Of a stretch of DNA of 64,000 bases, positions 26,552 to 36,308 are shown one piece after another. Under the pieces are notes generated by a model. That model saw only the letters and a program-made list of their open reading frames with translations, searched no databases and was not told the DNA's origin. Source of the stretch: Candidatus Nanopelagicales bacterium (GTDB lineage Bacteria; Actinomycetota; Actinomycetes; S36-B12); NCBI GenBank assembly GCA_017854795.1, contig JAFMHB010000001.1:3753-67752 (forward strand). Direction: 5' to 3'. The first letter of the stretch is position 1, and each line of letters begins with the position of its first letter. The translations under genes were made by a program, and so were the position numbers.

Positions 26552-27793
26552 TTAGGTGGTTAAGTTGGCAGGGAAGTCAAACCCGGCGAGTGGATCTTCA
26601 GCACATGCGCGGCTGGGTGGCGCGGCAGGAGTGAACGAGCCGATTTGCAATAGGTTCTCGCCGATTCCGCGCGGTGCCGCTGTCCGTGAGTGATCTTGAC
26701 TCGCGGATGGAATAGTTCTTCCCACCTGAAGTAGAGCCTGCTCGCTGTAGCCCTGCACACACTCGGGATCAGGGCCGTCAAGCGGGAGACCTGTGAAGAA
26801 TTTTGCGGCCATGCAACCCCCGCGACATGCATCAAAAAATTCACACTTTGTGCAGGCGCCGGAGGTCTGGGGTGAGCGAAGTTCTTGAAATAGTTCCGAG
26901 GTTTGCCAGACGCCGGAAAATCCATTAGGTGAGAGAACATTGCCAGCAAGGAATTGATCGTGAATCGCGAAAGGGCAGGCGTACACGTCACCAATGGGGT
27001 CGATGAGACACACGACTCGTCCAGCGCCACAAAGATTCAGGCCCGGGAGCGACTCGCCGTAGCCTGCAAGGTGAAAGAATGAATCACCGGTGAGAACTGA
27101 TTCTCCCGCGACAAGTAGCCAGTTGTACAACTCACGTTGTTGCTCGGCAGTTGGGTGCAATTCTGACCACACGTCGGCTCCGCGCCCGGATGGTCGTAGC
27201 CGCGTAAGGCGAAGCGTCGCACCGTGGTGGTCTGCAAGTTCTTTGAACAAGTCAAGTTGGCTTACGTTTTCGCGCGTGACAACAACGGAGATTTTTGCGT
27301 CTTTGAATCCTGCCGCGGATAAATTGTCCAGTGCTTGTATTGCCATTTGATAGGAGCCCTTGCCCCTGACTCGATCATTGACTTCCGCCGTTGCGCCGTC
27401 GAGGGAGATTTGCACATCAACATAATCCGTCGATGCGAGAAAGGCTGCACGTTCGGGAGTAATTCGCACTCCGTTGGTAGAAAATTTTACGCCCACCTGA
27501 TGGTCGACCGCGTAGCTGAGAAGGTGCCAGAAATCAGGGCGGATGGTGGGCTCGCCACCTCCAATATTGACATAGAACACTTGCATTGCCTGAAGTTCAT
27601 CGATTATTGCTTCGCATTGCTCGGTGGAAAGTTCACGAGGATCGCGTCGGCCCGAGGAGGAAAGGCAATGCACGCACGCGAGGTTGCAGGCGTAAGTGAG
27701 CTCCCATGTAAGGCAAATCGGTGCATCGAGGCCGTATTCAAATTGCTCGACCAGTGAGCCACCTTGAGGGCGGGAGTGCATAACGGATGTCAT
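26552..27793 (-). CDS. mftC: mycofactocin radical SAM maturase MftC
   Basis: 'LTYACNLACVHC' (CxxxCxxC) plus a Cys-rich SPASM C-terminus ('CGAGR..C', 'CTKCEFFDACRGGC'). Start set at 27793 (ATGA overlap with mftB). Confidence 0.9.
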   Translation of the reverse strand: MTSVMHSRPQGGSLVEQFEYGLDAPICLTWELTYACNLACVHCLSSSGRRDPRELSTEQCEAIIDELQAMQVFYVNIGGGEPTIRPDFWHLLSYAVDHQVGVKFSTNGVRITPERAAFLASTDYVDVQISLDGATAEVNDRVRGKGSYQMAIQALDNLSAAGFKDAKISVVVTRENVSQLDLFKELADHHGATLRLTRLRPSGRGADVWSELHPTAEQQRELYNWLLVAGESVLTGDSFFHLAGYGESLPGLNLCGAGRVVCLIDPIGDVYACPFAIHDQFLAGNVLSPNGFSGVWQTSELFQELRSPQTSGACTKCEFFDACRGGCMAAKFFTGLPLDGPDPECVQGYSEQALLQVGRTIPSASQDHSRTAAPRGIGENLLQIGSFTPAAPPSRACAEDPLAGFDFPANLTT

Positions 27794-28086
27794 GAGACTT
27801 TCCTTTCGTCGCAACGGGTGATCATGCCGGTGGAGGCCAGAGATCCAAGTGCCTTGAGAAATGCAGGCCACTGTTCTTCGGGAACGTGCGCGCCCTCAAG
27901 CGCTTGCCTGACCAATGTCTGGGCATTGAGACTATTTACTACTGTGACGAGCGCTTTTTGCTTAAGAAAGGTCAACCTTCGCGTGCCAAAATGATAGGCA
28001 AGTGCGCCAAAAGGCTCTGGCCTTAAGGCAACATCGGGGGCAAGAACCCACGATTCATCGAGTTCGATTGAAACCAGCGTGGTCAT
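27790..28086 (-). CDS. mftB: mycofactocin biosynthesis chaperone MftB
   Basis: 'ALRPEPFGALAYHFGTRRLTFLK' hallmark. 98 aa. Lies between mftA and mftC. Confidence 0.9.
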   Translation of the reverse strand: MTTLVSIELDESWVLAPDVALRPEPFGALAYHFGTRRLTFLKQKALVTVVNSLNAQTLVRQALEGAHVPEEQWPAFLKALGSLASTGMITRCDERKVS

Positions 28087-28107
28087 AAAAGGTGTCGCGG
28101 CGCAGAT

Positions 28108-28221
28108 TTAGTAGACGCCGCACATGCCATCGATGGACACGTCTTCAATGAGTGTTTCGACGGTTACCCCTTCTGGTTCCACCACATTGGTTTCAATTTC
28201 TGTGTTGGTGTCGGTATTCAT
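28108..28221 (-). CDS. mftA: mycofactocin precursor peptide MftA (37 aa)
   Basis: C-terminus 'IDGMCGVY' is the canonical MftA core. Start at ATG 28221 with gaaagga upstream. The 62-aa ORF on the track is an upstream extension. Confidence 0.9.
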   Translation of the reverse strand: MNTDTNTEIETNVVEPEGVTVETLIEDVSIDGMCGVY

Positions 28222-28383
28222 GTCTGTGTTCCTTTCTCGATAGAATTTTTCGACGCGAAATTTGAGGTTATCGCGCTGTTGGAAGATTAATGGCACTCAG
28301 CGCCAAATGTCAAGAGTCTTATTGGGAAATCGGCACATCATTGGCTGATAGTGTTGGATCAAATAAGAATGTGAGCCAAAACC

Positions 28384-28962
28384 ATGATCGGAAGACCGCC
28401 AGCAACCACCCATGCTGAGATAGAAGTTGCGGCCTTTGATCTCTTTGCCCGGCGGGGTTTTGCCGGGACAACACTTGAGCACATAGCGCAGGCGGTCGGA
28501 GTGGGCAAGCGAACGATCTTTCGCTACTACCCATCCAAGAACGACATCCTGTGGGGTCAGTTTGATGACAGCCTTGCACGATTCGCGGAGACCTTGCACG
28601 AGATGCCCGCCGATATGCCGGTGTTCGAGGCCGTATATCGGGGAATCGTTGACTTTAATCGCTTCGATGGCCAAGTTATTGACCATCATCGCGAACGGAT
28701 GGCTCTCATCTTGCGAACACCCGAACTTCAGGCGCACTCGGCAATTCGTTACCAACAGTGGCGGCGGGTAATCGAAGAATTCGTGGCAGATCGACTCGAC
28801 CAGAACCAAAGCTCGGTTATCCCTGTGACTGCGGGCCACGTTGGCCTTGCGCTCGCACTGAGTGCATATGAGTCGTGGCTGGGTTCAGACGGTCCATCCC
28901 TTGAGGACGAACTCGAAAGGGTCTTTGAAGGATTGGGTCAATTAATGGTTCTCCGTGAGTGA
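28384..28962 (+). CDS. mftR: TetR-family regulator MftR
   Basis: TetR HTH 'AAFDLFARRGFAGTTLEHIAQAVGVGKRTIFRYYPSK'. Divergent from mftA. Confidence 0.8.
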   Translation: MIGRPPATTHAEIEVAAFDLFARRGFAGTTLEHIAQAVGVGKRTIFRYYPSKNDILWGQFDDSLARFAETLHEMPADMPVFEAVYRGIVDFNRFDGQVIDHHRERMALILRTPELQAHSAIRYQQWRRVIEEFVADRLDQNQSSVIPVTAGHVGLALALSAYESWLGSDGPSLEDELERVFEGLGQLMVLRE

Positions 28963-30424
28963 TCACACTTTGCCTTCCCACACCCACCCGCCGGTAGATC
29001 GAAGGCTTCCCATGGGTGCTTCTGTGCGGCTTGACCCTCGAACCATCGTGTGGGGTGGTGGAGCAGTTCTTGTGGGCGGATCTCCATGGAGAATTAGTCG
29101 ACTGTCGGCTACCACCCGGGACATCGTGCTTGATATTCACAGGCAAGGCCCCTACGGTCGTTCCGCCACAAGTGCCCAAGATTTGGCCGTCTACCGTGAG
29201 TTGATTGATAGGGGATTTGCTTTTCTTTTGCCAGGTCGGGCCAACAGTGGGAGGGCCTGCGGGAGCGTTGTTCCGGCAATGGACCGTCCTGATCTATTGG
29301 AACGGTGCCTAGCTTCACTATCGGGCTCAGATGTCACGGTCGTCGATGACGGGTCCGTTGATGGCACCGCAATTGCCGGGGTTGTCCGCCGAAGCGGTTT
29401 CAGGCTTATTTCACTCCCAGTAAATATTGGTCCGGCAGGCGCTCGGAATGCAGGATTTCGTGAGTCCGAGGGCGAGTTTGTGGCCTTCATTGATTCTGAT
29501 TGCACTGCCCCCGCTGGCTGGCCAAACTCGATGCTCCATCACTTCGATGACCCCTCGGTGGCGGTCGTAGCTCCACGGGTTTTGGGTCGTGAACTTTCTT
29601 CAGGTGTGATCGAGCGTTACGAGCGCACGCGCTCATCCCTTGACATGGGGGTACGGGCCGAGCTTGTTCGCCCTGGCTCGCGTCTGGGTTTTATTCCGTC
29701 GGCAGCTCTCATTGTTCGGCGTTCCGCGTTCGTGGGATTTGACGAGAGTCTGCGCGTGGGTGAAGACGTTGATCTCATATGGAAATTGGTCGAATCCGGA
29801 TGGCATGTTTGCTACGACCCAGAAGTTATCGTTCACCATGAGATAAGAACAAATCCCCAACAGTGGTTGGCGCGTAGGTTCCAATACGGGACGTCGGCGC
29901 CCGACCTTGAAGTCCGGCACCCGGGGAATCTCGCACCCGCACGTCTTTCTGCGTGGAATGTCGGGATCCTAGCTTTGCTAACTCTTGGCAGGCCCGTCCT
30001 AGCAACGTCTGTGGCTGCTGCCGCGACCGTCGCTTTGGCTGCCTCCATGCGATCGATTCCGCGAGGAAGCCTGCTCGCAGGGAGGGTCGTGGGTCAAGGT
30101 CTGCTGGCCGACTCTGCATCAATTGGACATTTGTTGCGCCGAGAGTGGTGGCCGGTTGGTGCGGTCGCACTCGCACTAGTACCCAAATCTCGACCAGCTC
30201 GAGTAGCGGCTATCACCATGCTTGCACCGATTGCACTTGAATGGGTCACTCGTGAACGCTACCTAGACCCGGTTCGCTACACGGTTCTGCGGCTTGTCGA
30301 CGACGCGAGTTACGGCTCTGGGGTTATTGCGAACTCGCTCCGGGCACGGAAATTTGCACCGTTACTGCCGAAAATTCGACTTCCCAAGGTTCGTCTCCCT
30401 GGGGTTCACGCCCATCGAAAGTGA
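28955..30424 (+). CDS. mftF: mycofactocin glycosyltransferase MftF (GT2)
   Basis: GT2 motifs 'VTVVDDGS', 'GPAGARNAG', 'FIDSD', with C-terminal TM helices. GTG start overlaps the mftR stop by 8 nt. Confidence 0.8.
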   Translation: MSDHTLPSHTHPPVDRRLPMGASVRLDPRTIVWGGGAVLVGGSPWRISRLSATTRDIVLDIHRQGPYGRSATSAQDLAVYRELIDRGFAFLLPGRANSGRACGSVVPAMDRPDLLERCLASLSGSDVTVVDDGSVDGTAIAGVVRRSGFRLISLPVNIGPAGARNAGFRESEGEFVAFIDSDCTAPAGWPNSMLHHFDDPSVAVVAPRVLGRELSSGVIERYERTRSSLDMGVRAELVRPGSRLGFIPSAALIVRRSAFVGFDESLRVGEDVDLIWKLVESGWHVCYDPEVIVHHEIRTNPQQWLARRFQYGTSAPDLEVRHPGNLAPARLSAWNVGILALLTLGRPVLATSVAAAATVALAASMRSIPRGSLLAGRVVGQGLLADSASIGHLLRREWWPVGAVALALVPKSRPARVAAITMLAPIALEWVTRERYLDPVRYTVLRLVDDASYGSGVIANSLRARKFAPLLPKIRLPKVRLPGVHAHRK

Positions 30425-30483
30425 ATACTGTTGACAATTTGGCGGCAGCCGGTCAAAATCTTCCTCTACCCAGGGAGTGAAAA

Positions 30484-31518
30484 ATGCGCGCAGTTCAATT
30501 TGACACATATGGCGGTCCAGAAGTTCTCACGGTACGTGAAGTACCGGATCCGGTGGCAGGTCCCTTCGAAGTACTGGTCGACCTTCAAGCCATTGGTATC
30601 AATCACGTTGACCTCGATGTCCGTGATGGCACTTCCCGGTTCGACATCACACTTCCGCACACTCCGGGGCTAGAAGGCGCAGGAATTGTGGCTGAAGTGG
30701 GTCCAAATGTTGGTTCGGTGAAGGTCGGAGACCGGGTGGCATTGTCCTACATCAAAACCTGCGACCAGTGTGAAGAGTGTCTTTCCGGACGGGAAATGTT
30801 TTGCCCTCGGCGAGGCCTCTTGGGGGAGCAAATACCAGGGACTTACGCTGAGCGGATAGTCGTGCCAGCTTCGCTGTGCATTCCCATTCCCGACTCCGTT
30901 TCCTTTGTAGATGCGGCCGCCAGCATCGTTACGTACGGGAGTTCCTGGCATGCGTTAACGACGCGCGCACAAGTCCGCTTGGGTGAAACCGTTCTCATTC
31001 ACTCTATTGGCAGCGGTGTGGGCACTGCCGGACTGCAGATTGCCAAGGCTGCAGGCGCTGTTGTTCTCGGGACAGTTGGCTCAGATGAAAAGATAAGCAA
31101 GGCTCTCGATGCAGGAGCCGATGCAGTGATCAATCACAACACGACAGATTTCGTCGAATTCGCCCTGGATTCCACCGGCGGCAAGGGCGTAGATGTCGTA
31201 TTCGATATGGTCGGTGGGAGGGCCTTCAGTGACTCAATGAAGGCCATGCGACCAAATGCTCGCCTGGTGACTATTGGGGCACATGGCGGTGAAGTCGTGC
31301 AGTTTGACGTTATCGAATTCTTCCGTCGACACATCACCTACATCTCAACTCATTCTCAGTCCCGTTCTGAATTACGCCAAGTATTCGAACTGTTGGGTCG
31401 TGGAGTATTCGACCCGCACATCCACGCTGTTTTGCCCCTATCCCAAGCGGCGGAAGCCCACACGATGATCGCGAGCCGAAGCAATTTCGGCAAAGTTCTG
31501 CTCGACCCCACAATTTAG
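30484..31518 (+). CDS. zinc-type medium-chain alcohol dehydrogenase/reductase
   Basis: 'PGLEGAGIV', structural-Zn loop 'CDQCEECLSGREMFC', Rossmann 'IHSIGSGVG'. Confidence 0.75.
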   Translation: MRAVQFDTYGGPEVLTVREVPDPVAGPFEVLVDLQAIGINHVDLDVRDGTSRFDITLPHTPGLEGAGIVAEVGPNVGSVKVGDRVALSYIKTCDQCEECLSGREMFCPRRGLLGEQIPGTYAERIVVPASLCIPIPDSVSFVDAAASIVTYGSSWHALTTRAQVRLGETVLIHSIGSGVGTAGLQIAKAAGAVVLGTVGSDEKISKALDAGADAVINHNTTDFVEFALDSTGGKGVDVVFDMVGGRAFSDSMKAMRPNARLVTIGAHGGEVVQFDVIEFFRRHITYISTHSQSRSELRQVFELLGRGVFDPHIHAVLPLSQAAEAHTMIASRSNFGKVLLDPTI

Positions 31519-31625
31519 GTCAATCGAGACTAAACCGGATTAGCAGTAACAATTCGATAACAACTGTTGACAGTTGACGATCTGCATCCTTGACTAGGGA
31601 CATCGCCGAAATAAGGAGTTCACGC

Positions 31626-31955
31626 ATGTCAGAGAAGTACCCAGCATTGGGTCGCTCAATGACCATCGACTTTGGGACCGATGGCCCTTTTGGTCCTTTT
31701 GCAGCTGATTTAACCTACTCAGATACGGAAGTGAGTTTCGTTGTAACGAAGGGCAGTCTGAGCGGTAAAGAAGAGACATGCGATTACCAAGCAACACATG
31801 TGCGAGATGGAATTTGGGTTGTGACGTGGCAAGAGATCGACCTGTTAACAGTGGTGCAGGCGCAAGATTTCACTACGGGTGCCCTCATATCGGCCGTTAC
31901 GACCGCTGATCAGGCATTGGTCCAACTCAATGGATCCTTCACACTCGCCGAATAA
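31626..31955 (+). CDS. small MoaF-like / lipocalin-like hypothetical protein
   Basis: Start ATG 31626 behind aaggag. 'GIWVVTWQEIDLLTVVQAQDF' resembles the MoaF-type pattern. The assignment is tentative. Confidence 0.45.
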   Translation: MSEKYPALGRSMTIDFGTDGPFGPFAADLTYSDTEVSFVVTKGSLSGKEETCDYQATHVRDGIWVVTWQEIDLLTVVQAQDFTTGALISAVTTADQALVQLNGSFTLAE

Positions 31956-32067
31956 CGCGGGAGAGTATCGGTTCTGTCGACATTTAAACAAAGGTTCCGA
32001 CTCAATTGGAAGCATGATTCACAACCAGAAAAAAACCCCCACGTAAACTTCGACGAAAGGAACACCG

Positions 32068-32946
32068 GTGTCTAGCCTTAAGACTCTTGTCAGAGACGCT
32101 CACTCTGCAAGTCGGGCATTCCTGCTGCCCGGGGCCTACGACGCTTTGTCCGCTCGAATCATTCAGGACCTCGGATTCGAGGCCGTTTATGTCACGGGTG
32201 CAGGGCTGGCGAATTCCCGATTGGGAGTCCCCGACATTGGGTTGGTCACACTCACGGAACTGCGGGATCATGTCGCACTCCTGGCTGACGCGGTTGACCT
32301 TCCCCTCGTGGTCGACATTGATACCGGGTTCGGCAATGCGGTCAACGTTGTGCGGACTGTGAAATTAATGGAGCGGGCCGGGGCATCTGCACTTCAATTA
32401 GAAGACCAGGTGTTTCCCAAAAAATGTGGGCACTTCGATGGCAAGGCGGTGATTCCTGCAAATGAGATGGTCGCAAAGATCAAGGCGGCTGTAGACACGA
32501 GGCAATCACAGGACCTACTCATTATTGCCCGCACTGATGCACGGGCCGTGAGCACTCTTGAAGAGGCGGTGGATCGTGGACACGCTTACCAGGAGGCCGG
32601 TGCCGATGTCATCTTCATCGAGGCTCCAGAATCAACCGACGAACTTGCAATTGTGGGCAAGTCATTCGACGTCCCACTAATCGCCAACATGGTTGAGGGA
32701 GGCAAGACCCCCGTCCAGTCGGCGCAGGAACTGGCGGAACTGGGATTCACATTGGTGCTTTTTGCTAATGCGGCTCTTCGCAGCGCACAGAAGTCAGTTC
32801 GAGACGTACTTCAGGAGATACAGCGAGTCGGCTCAACCGCCGCGGTACTTGATCACATGTCTACCTGGGAAGAACGCCAAAGCGGAGTTGGCAAGCCGTA
32901 CTTCGACATGCTGGAACGAAAGTACGCGGTCGAGGTGACGCCATGA
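32068..32946 (+). CDS. isocitrate lyase / PEP mutase superfamily lyase (methylisocitrate/dimethylmalate-lyase or oxaloacetate-decarboxylase-like)
   Basis: 'LPGAYDALSARI', 'DIDTGFG', 'LEDQVFPKKCGH', 'IIARTDA', 'IFIEAP'. Confidence 0.75.
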   Translation: MSSLKTLVRDAHSASRAFLLPGAYDALSARIIQDLGFEAVYVTGAGLANSRLGVPDIGLVTLTELRDHVALLADAVDLPLVVDIDTGFGNAVNVVRTVKLMERAGASALQLEDQVFPKKCGHFDGKAVIPANEMVAKIKAAVDTRQSQDLLIIARTDARAVSTLEEAVDRGHAYQEAGADVIFIEAPESTDELAIVGKSFDVPLIANMVEGGKTPVQSAQELAELGFTLVLFANAALRSAQKSVRDVLQEIQRVGSTAAVLDHMSTWEERQSGVGKPYFDMLERKYAVEVTP

Positions 32947-34337
32947 GCACCATCGATCTTCGAATTCGCAATGCGAGCGTTGTTCTCTCCGATGGTCCTC
33001 GGGATCTAGATATTCTGGTGGACGGTGGAAAGATCACGGGTGTTGTTCCTCGCACGGACCCCACAGTTGCCACGGAGGAGATTGACGCCACAGGCCTTCA
33101 CGTATTCCCGGGACTCGTGGACCCCCATGTGCATTTGGGACCGAATATCACCTACCCCCAGAGCGCCGAAGACGTTGCGCGCGAAACCCAATCGGCAGCG
33201 GCAGGCGGAATCACCACACTCATTGCCTACCTAATGACCCCACAGCCATATGAAGAAGTTTTCCCCATTGCCAAAGCCGCGATGGAAGCTGATTCGGCCG
33301 TGGATTTTGGTTTCCACTTTTGCGTAGTCACCCGCGACCAACTTGAGTCGATGCCAGATTACGTCCGGGATTTGGGAGTTAGCTCCTTTAAATTCTTTAT
33401 GAATTTTCGAGGCGATGAAGGTAAGTACCTTGATCTTCCCGGAAATGATGATGGATTTATGTTCGACCTGCTTGAGGCAGCCGAGCGCAACGGTGCCATG
33501 CTCGATCCACACGCGGAAAATATTGAACTCGTCTGGCGCTTGCGAGCGTTGGGTAGACCTGAAGGCGTAAATGACCTTGATGCGTGGAATCTTGGTCGCC
33601 CCGATTACGTTGAGGCTGAAGCACTGCACCGCCTTTCGTTCCTTGCCAAGGTGACCGGCGCAAGCGTCTACGCCGTCCATACGACTAGCGGTCTCTCACT
33701 CGATGTCCTTCGACAAGGTCAGCAGAGCCACCCGGATCTTTTCGTGGAAACCTGCCCTCATTACTTAACTCTGGACATCAACGCCCCGTGTGGCACCTAC
33801 GGCAAAGTGAATCCTCCACTACGTCCGCGACACGATCTGGATGCACTGTGGTCTGCAGTTGCTGATGGCCTGGTGGACACAATCGGCTCCGACCATGTGC
33901 CACGTCACAAATCGTTCAAGGAAAAAGACATCATGACAGCGTCTGCCGGCTTTCCTGGAATGCAAAACCTATTGCCCCTGCTCATCTCCGAGGGGTACCA
34001 CAAGCGGAACCTGCCATTGGAGCGAATCGCGTATCTGACCAGCACCCGACCCGCCCAACTTTTCGGTCTTTACCCGAAGAAGGGTGTGATTCACGTCGGC
34101 TCGGACGCTGACTTGACCTTGGTCGATTTGTCAGGGCAGGCCGACATCACCGCGGCAACGCAACTCTCAGGTGCCGAGTACACGCCGTGGGAGGGCTGGC
34201 ACGTTGAAGGAGTTGTCGCCCGAACAATCCGCGGCGGAGAGTCAACCTTCGCCAATGGTGCGATTCTGCCGAGCGCCACAGGCAAATTCCTTCACCGCGA
34301 GCACAGTGGACGCGCCGCATTGGATGCGATCGCATGA
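32943..34337 (+). CDS. cyclic amidohydrolase (D-hydantoinase / dihydropyrimidinase-like)
   Basis: 'GLVDPHVHL', 'SFKFFMNF' (carboxylated-Lys position), 'DPHAEN', 'AVHTTS', 'IGSDHVP'. ATGA-coupled on both sides. Confidence 0.75.
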   Translation: MSTIDLRIRNASVVLSDGPRDLDILVDGGKITGVVPRTDPTVATEEIDATGLHVFPGLVDPHVHLGPNITYPQSAEDVARETQSAAAGGITTLIAYLMTPQPYEEVFPIAKAAMEADSAVDFGFHFCVVTRDQLESMPDYVRDLGVSSFKFFMNFRGDEGKYLDLPGNDDGFMFDLLEAAERNGAMLDPHAENIELVWRLRALGRPEGVNDLDAWNLGRPDYVEAEALHRLSFLAKVTGASVYAVHTTSGLSLDVLRQGQQSHPDLFVETCPHYLTLDINAPCGTYGKVNPPLRPRHDLDALWSAVADGLVDTIGSDHVPRHKSFKEKDIMTASAGFPGMQNLLPLLISEGYHKRNLPLERIAYLTSTRPAQLFGLYPKKGVIHVGSDADLTLVDLSGQADITAATQLSGAEYTPWEGWHVEGVVARTIRGGESTFANGAILPSATGKFLHREHSGRAALDAIA

Positions 34338-35029
34338 GCGAGTTGTGGAGCGGTGTGATCACCCCAGACGACGAGCGGCGGTATGCCCGCGCAGGCTTTG
34401 GTCACCCCGTTGGTATGGGTTCGAACCCTGCGCTCCTCATCATCGACGTTCAGTACCGAACTTTGGGAAATACACCGAAGCCCTTTGACGAGGCGGTCGA
34501 GGACTACTCCACAGCATGTGGTGATGTCGGGTGGACTGCCGTTGATCACATTGCGGAATTGCTGGCCTTCTCCCGATCTGCCGGCATTCCTGTTTTGTAC
34601 CCACATGTGGCACCAAAACTTTCGTATGACTCGGGGGTTTTGGGCGCCAAGGTGCCTTCCATCATGGGAGTTGCGGCAAAGGGTTACGAGTTCCCGCCCG
34701 AGGTGGCCCCGTTGGAGCAGGACATCATGCTGCCCAAGAAGCACCCCAGCGCTTTTTTCGGGACGCCACTAATTAGTTACCTGATCGGACTTGGTGTCGA
34801 CTCACTCATTATTACCGGGTGCAGCACAAGTGGCTGCGTACGTTCGACGGTCGTTGATGCTTTTGCCAATAATTTTCGCGTTACCGTTCCATTTGACGCG
34901 GTTTACGACCGCAGTGAAACAGTTCATAAGGTAAATCTTTTCGACATGGCGCAAAAATATGCAGATGTCACATCAACCTCCGAGTTGATCGCTTCGCTGC
35001 GCTCGTTGGGCTACGGGGAAAAATCATGA
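34334..35029 (+). CDS. isochorismatase-family cysteine hydrolase (N-carbamoylsarcosine/maleamate amidase-like)
   Basis: 'ALLIIDVQ', 'LPKKHPSAF', 'LIITGCSTSGCVRSTVVDA'. Confidence 0.75.
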   Translation: MSELWSGVITPDDERRYARAGFGHPVGMGSNPALLIIDVQYRTLGNTPKPFDEAVEDYSTACGDVGWTAVDHIAELLAFSRSAGIPVLYPHVAPKLSYDSGVLGAKVPSIMGVAAKGYEFPPEVAPLEQDIMLPKKHPSAFFGTPLISYLIGLGVDSLIITGCSTSGCVRSTVVDAFANNFRVTVPFDAVYDRSETVHKVNLFDMAQKYADVTSTSELIASLRSLGYGEKS

Positions 35030-35394
35030 AACTACAGGCAAACTGGAGTGAACTTCCCGAGCAGGTAAACGCACCTAACAACTTTCGGCGTGCGGTGCTT
35101 GGTCGCGAGATGGGGGTCAACTTGATCCGCTGGGTTCACCCCACGACCCTGCCAAGTCATGCCCACAATGACGCCGAGCAAGCGATGGTCATGGTGAAGG
35201 GGACTATCCGTCTCATGGTCGGTGATCAGGACATGGTGCTCGTCGACGGTGATGTTGTCATCATTCCGCGAGGTGTTGAGCACTCTGGCGAGAGCATTCA
35301 CGGTGAAGCGGAATTCATTGAAGTCTTTGCACCCGGCCGTGTGGAGAACCTTCCGGGATTTCTCGGTACCTTCGAAGAATTAGGAAAGGACTGA
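35026..35394 (+). CDS. cupin-domain protein
   Basis: 'PSHAHNDAEQAMVMVKG' and 'GDVVIIPRGVEHSG' (two-motif cupin). Confidence 0.7.
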   Translation: MKLQANWSELPEQVNAPNNFRRAVLGREMGVNLIRWVHPTTLPSHAHNDAEQAMVMVKGTIRLMVGDQDMVLVDGDVVIIPRGVEHSGESIHGEAEFIEVFAPGRVENLPGFLGTFEELGKD

Positions 35395-35398
35395 CGTC

Positions 35399-36262
35399 AT
35401 GGCTCTTGAGCGCATCACACCGCGCGTGTTCGTTGAAACGAGCAACCTGGGCAGCAACAACTCGCTGATTGTGGGCTCGGAAGGCAACATCCTTGTGGAC
35501 TCGCCGCACCGGCCAACCGATGCAATCGAGTTGGCGCGCGAAGCGCAAGAACATGGCAGGCTTCGTTTTGTCGTAAACACCGACCACCACCCCGATCACA
35601 CTATTGGCAATTTCTGGATGCCGGGGGAGATCGTTTCTCACGCGGGAACGCGAAAGCGACTGATCGAGGAAGCACCGTCGGATGAATATTTACAAAATCT
35701 GATGGCCCGCATTGATCCTGAAGCTTTGCCGCTCATGGGTGACTACAAGGTGCGTATCCCTGACGTAGTTTTTATCAACGAGATGACTTTGCATGTTGGC
35801 GATTTAAGTTTGGAGTTGTCTTTTCAGCCGGGTCATACCGCGAACAGCCTGTTGGCCTATTGCCCACAAGAACATGTACTTTTTTCGGGAGATATTTTCT
35901 GTGAGGCAGGTCTCCCCTCATTTCAGGATTCCAGGGTAGCTGACTGGTTCTCTGCACTCGAAGCCGTAGAGGCCTTCGATTTCGAAATTCTCGTTCCTGG
36001 TCACGGTGATGTCGCTGATCGTTCGGCGATCGAACGCTATCGCGCCCAGGGAAGAGAAGTGGTCCAGAAAGTGGCGGCAGCAATTGCTGCGGGACACGAC
36101 TGTGATCAGGCGATGGATGAGATCAGGTTCGAAGATCGAATCCATGTTGATACCGATCAGTACATCGGATACCCCGATGACCTGATCGAAATGTTCCAAC
36201 GGCGATCTGTTTCTCGGATCTATGAGGATCTGGTCGCCAACCCCAATCTGGTCGATCGCTAG
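35399..36262 (+). CDS. MBL-fold metallo-hydrolase
   Basis: 'VVNTDHHPDHTIGN' (HxHxDH-type), 'QPGHT', 'LVPGHG'. Confidence 0.7.
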   Translation: MALERITPRVFVETSNLGSNNSLIVGSEGNILVDSPHRPTDAIELAREAQEHGRLRFVVNTDHHPDHTIGNFWMPGEIVSHAGTRKRLIEEAPSDEYLQNLMARIDPEALPLMGDYKVRIPDVVFINEMTLHVGDLSLELSFQPGHTANSLLAYCPQEHVLFSGDIFCEAGLPSFQDSRVADWFSALEAVEAFDFEILVPGHGDVADRSAIERYRAQGREVVQKVAAAIAAGHDCDQAMDEIRFEDRIHVDTDQYIGYPDDLIEMFQRRSVSRIYEDLVANPNLVDR

Positions 36263-36308
36263 CGAAGTTCGGTCAGTTCCCCCCCCCGAAAGAGATCCGG
36301 AGAATCGA

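Noticed and set aside
26560-27030. Alternative-frame or antisense ORFs inside well-supported genes (e.g. 26560-27030 in mftC, 41484-42065 in ALDH, 47797-48555 in PrpD, 58156-58752 in ctaD, 33231-33680 in the hydantoinase gene).
   Set aside because: The host genes carry unambiguous family motifs and the overlapping frames have none.
27794-27871. N-terminal extensions offered by the ORF track: mftC to 27871, mftA to 28296, the MTase to 7726, the ADH to 51594, the SBP from 36222 and the amidohydrolase from 21027.
   Set aside because: Internal starts give canonical N-termini, RBS-like purine tracts or ATGA coupling with the upstream gene. The extensions add non-conserved-looking residues.
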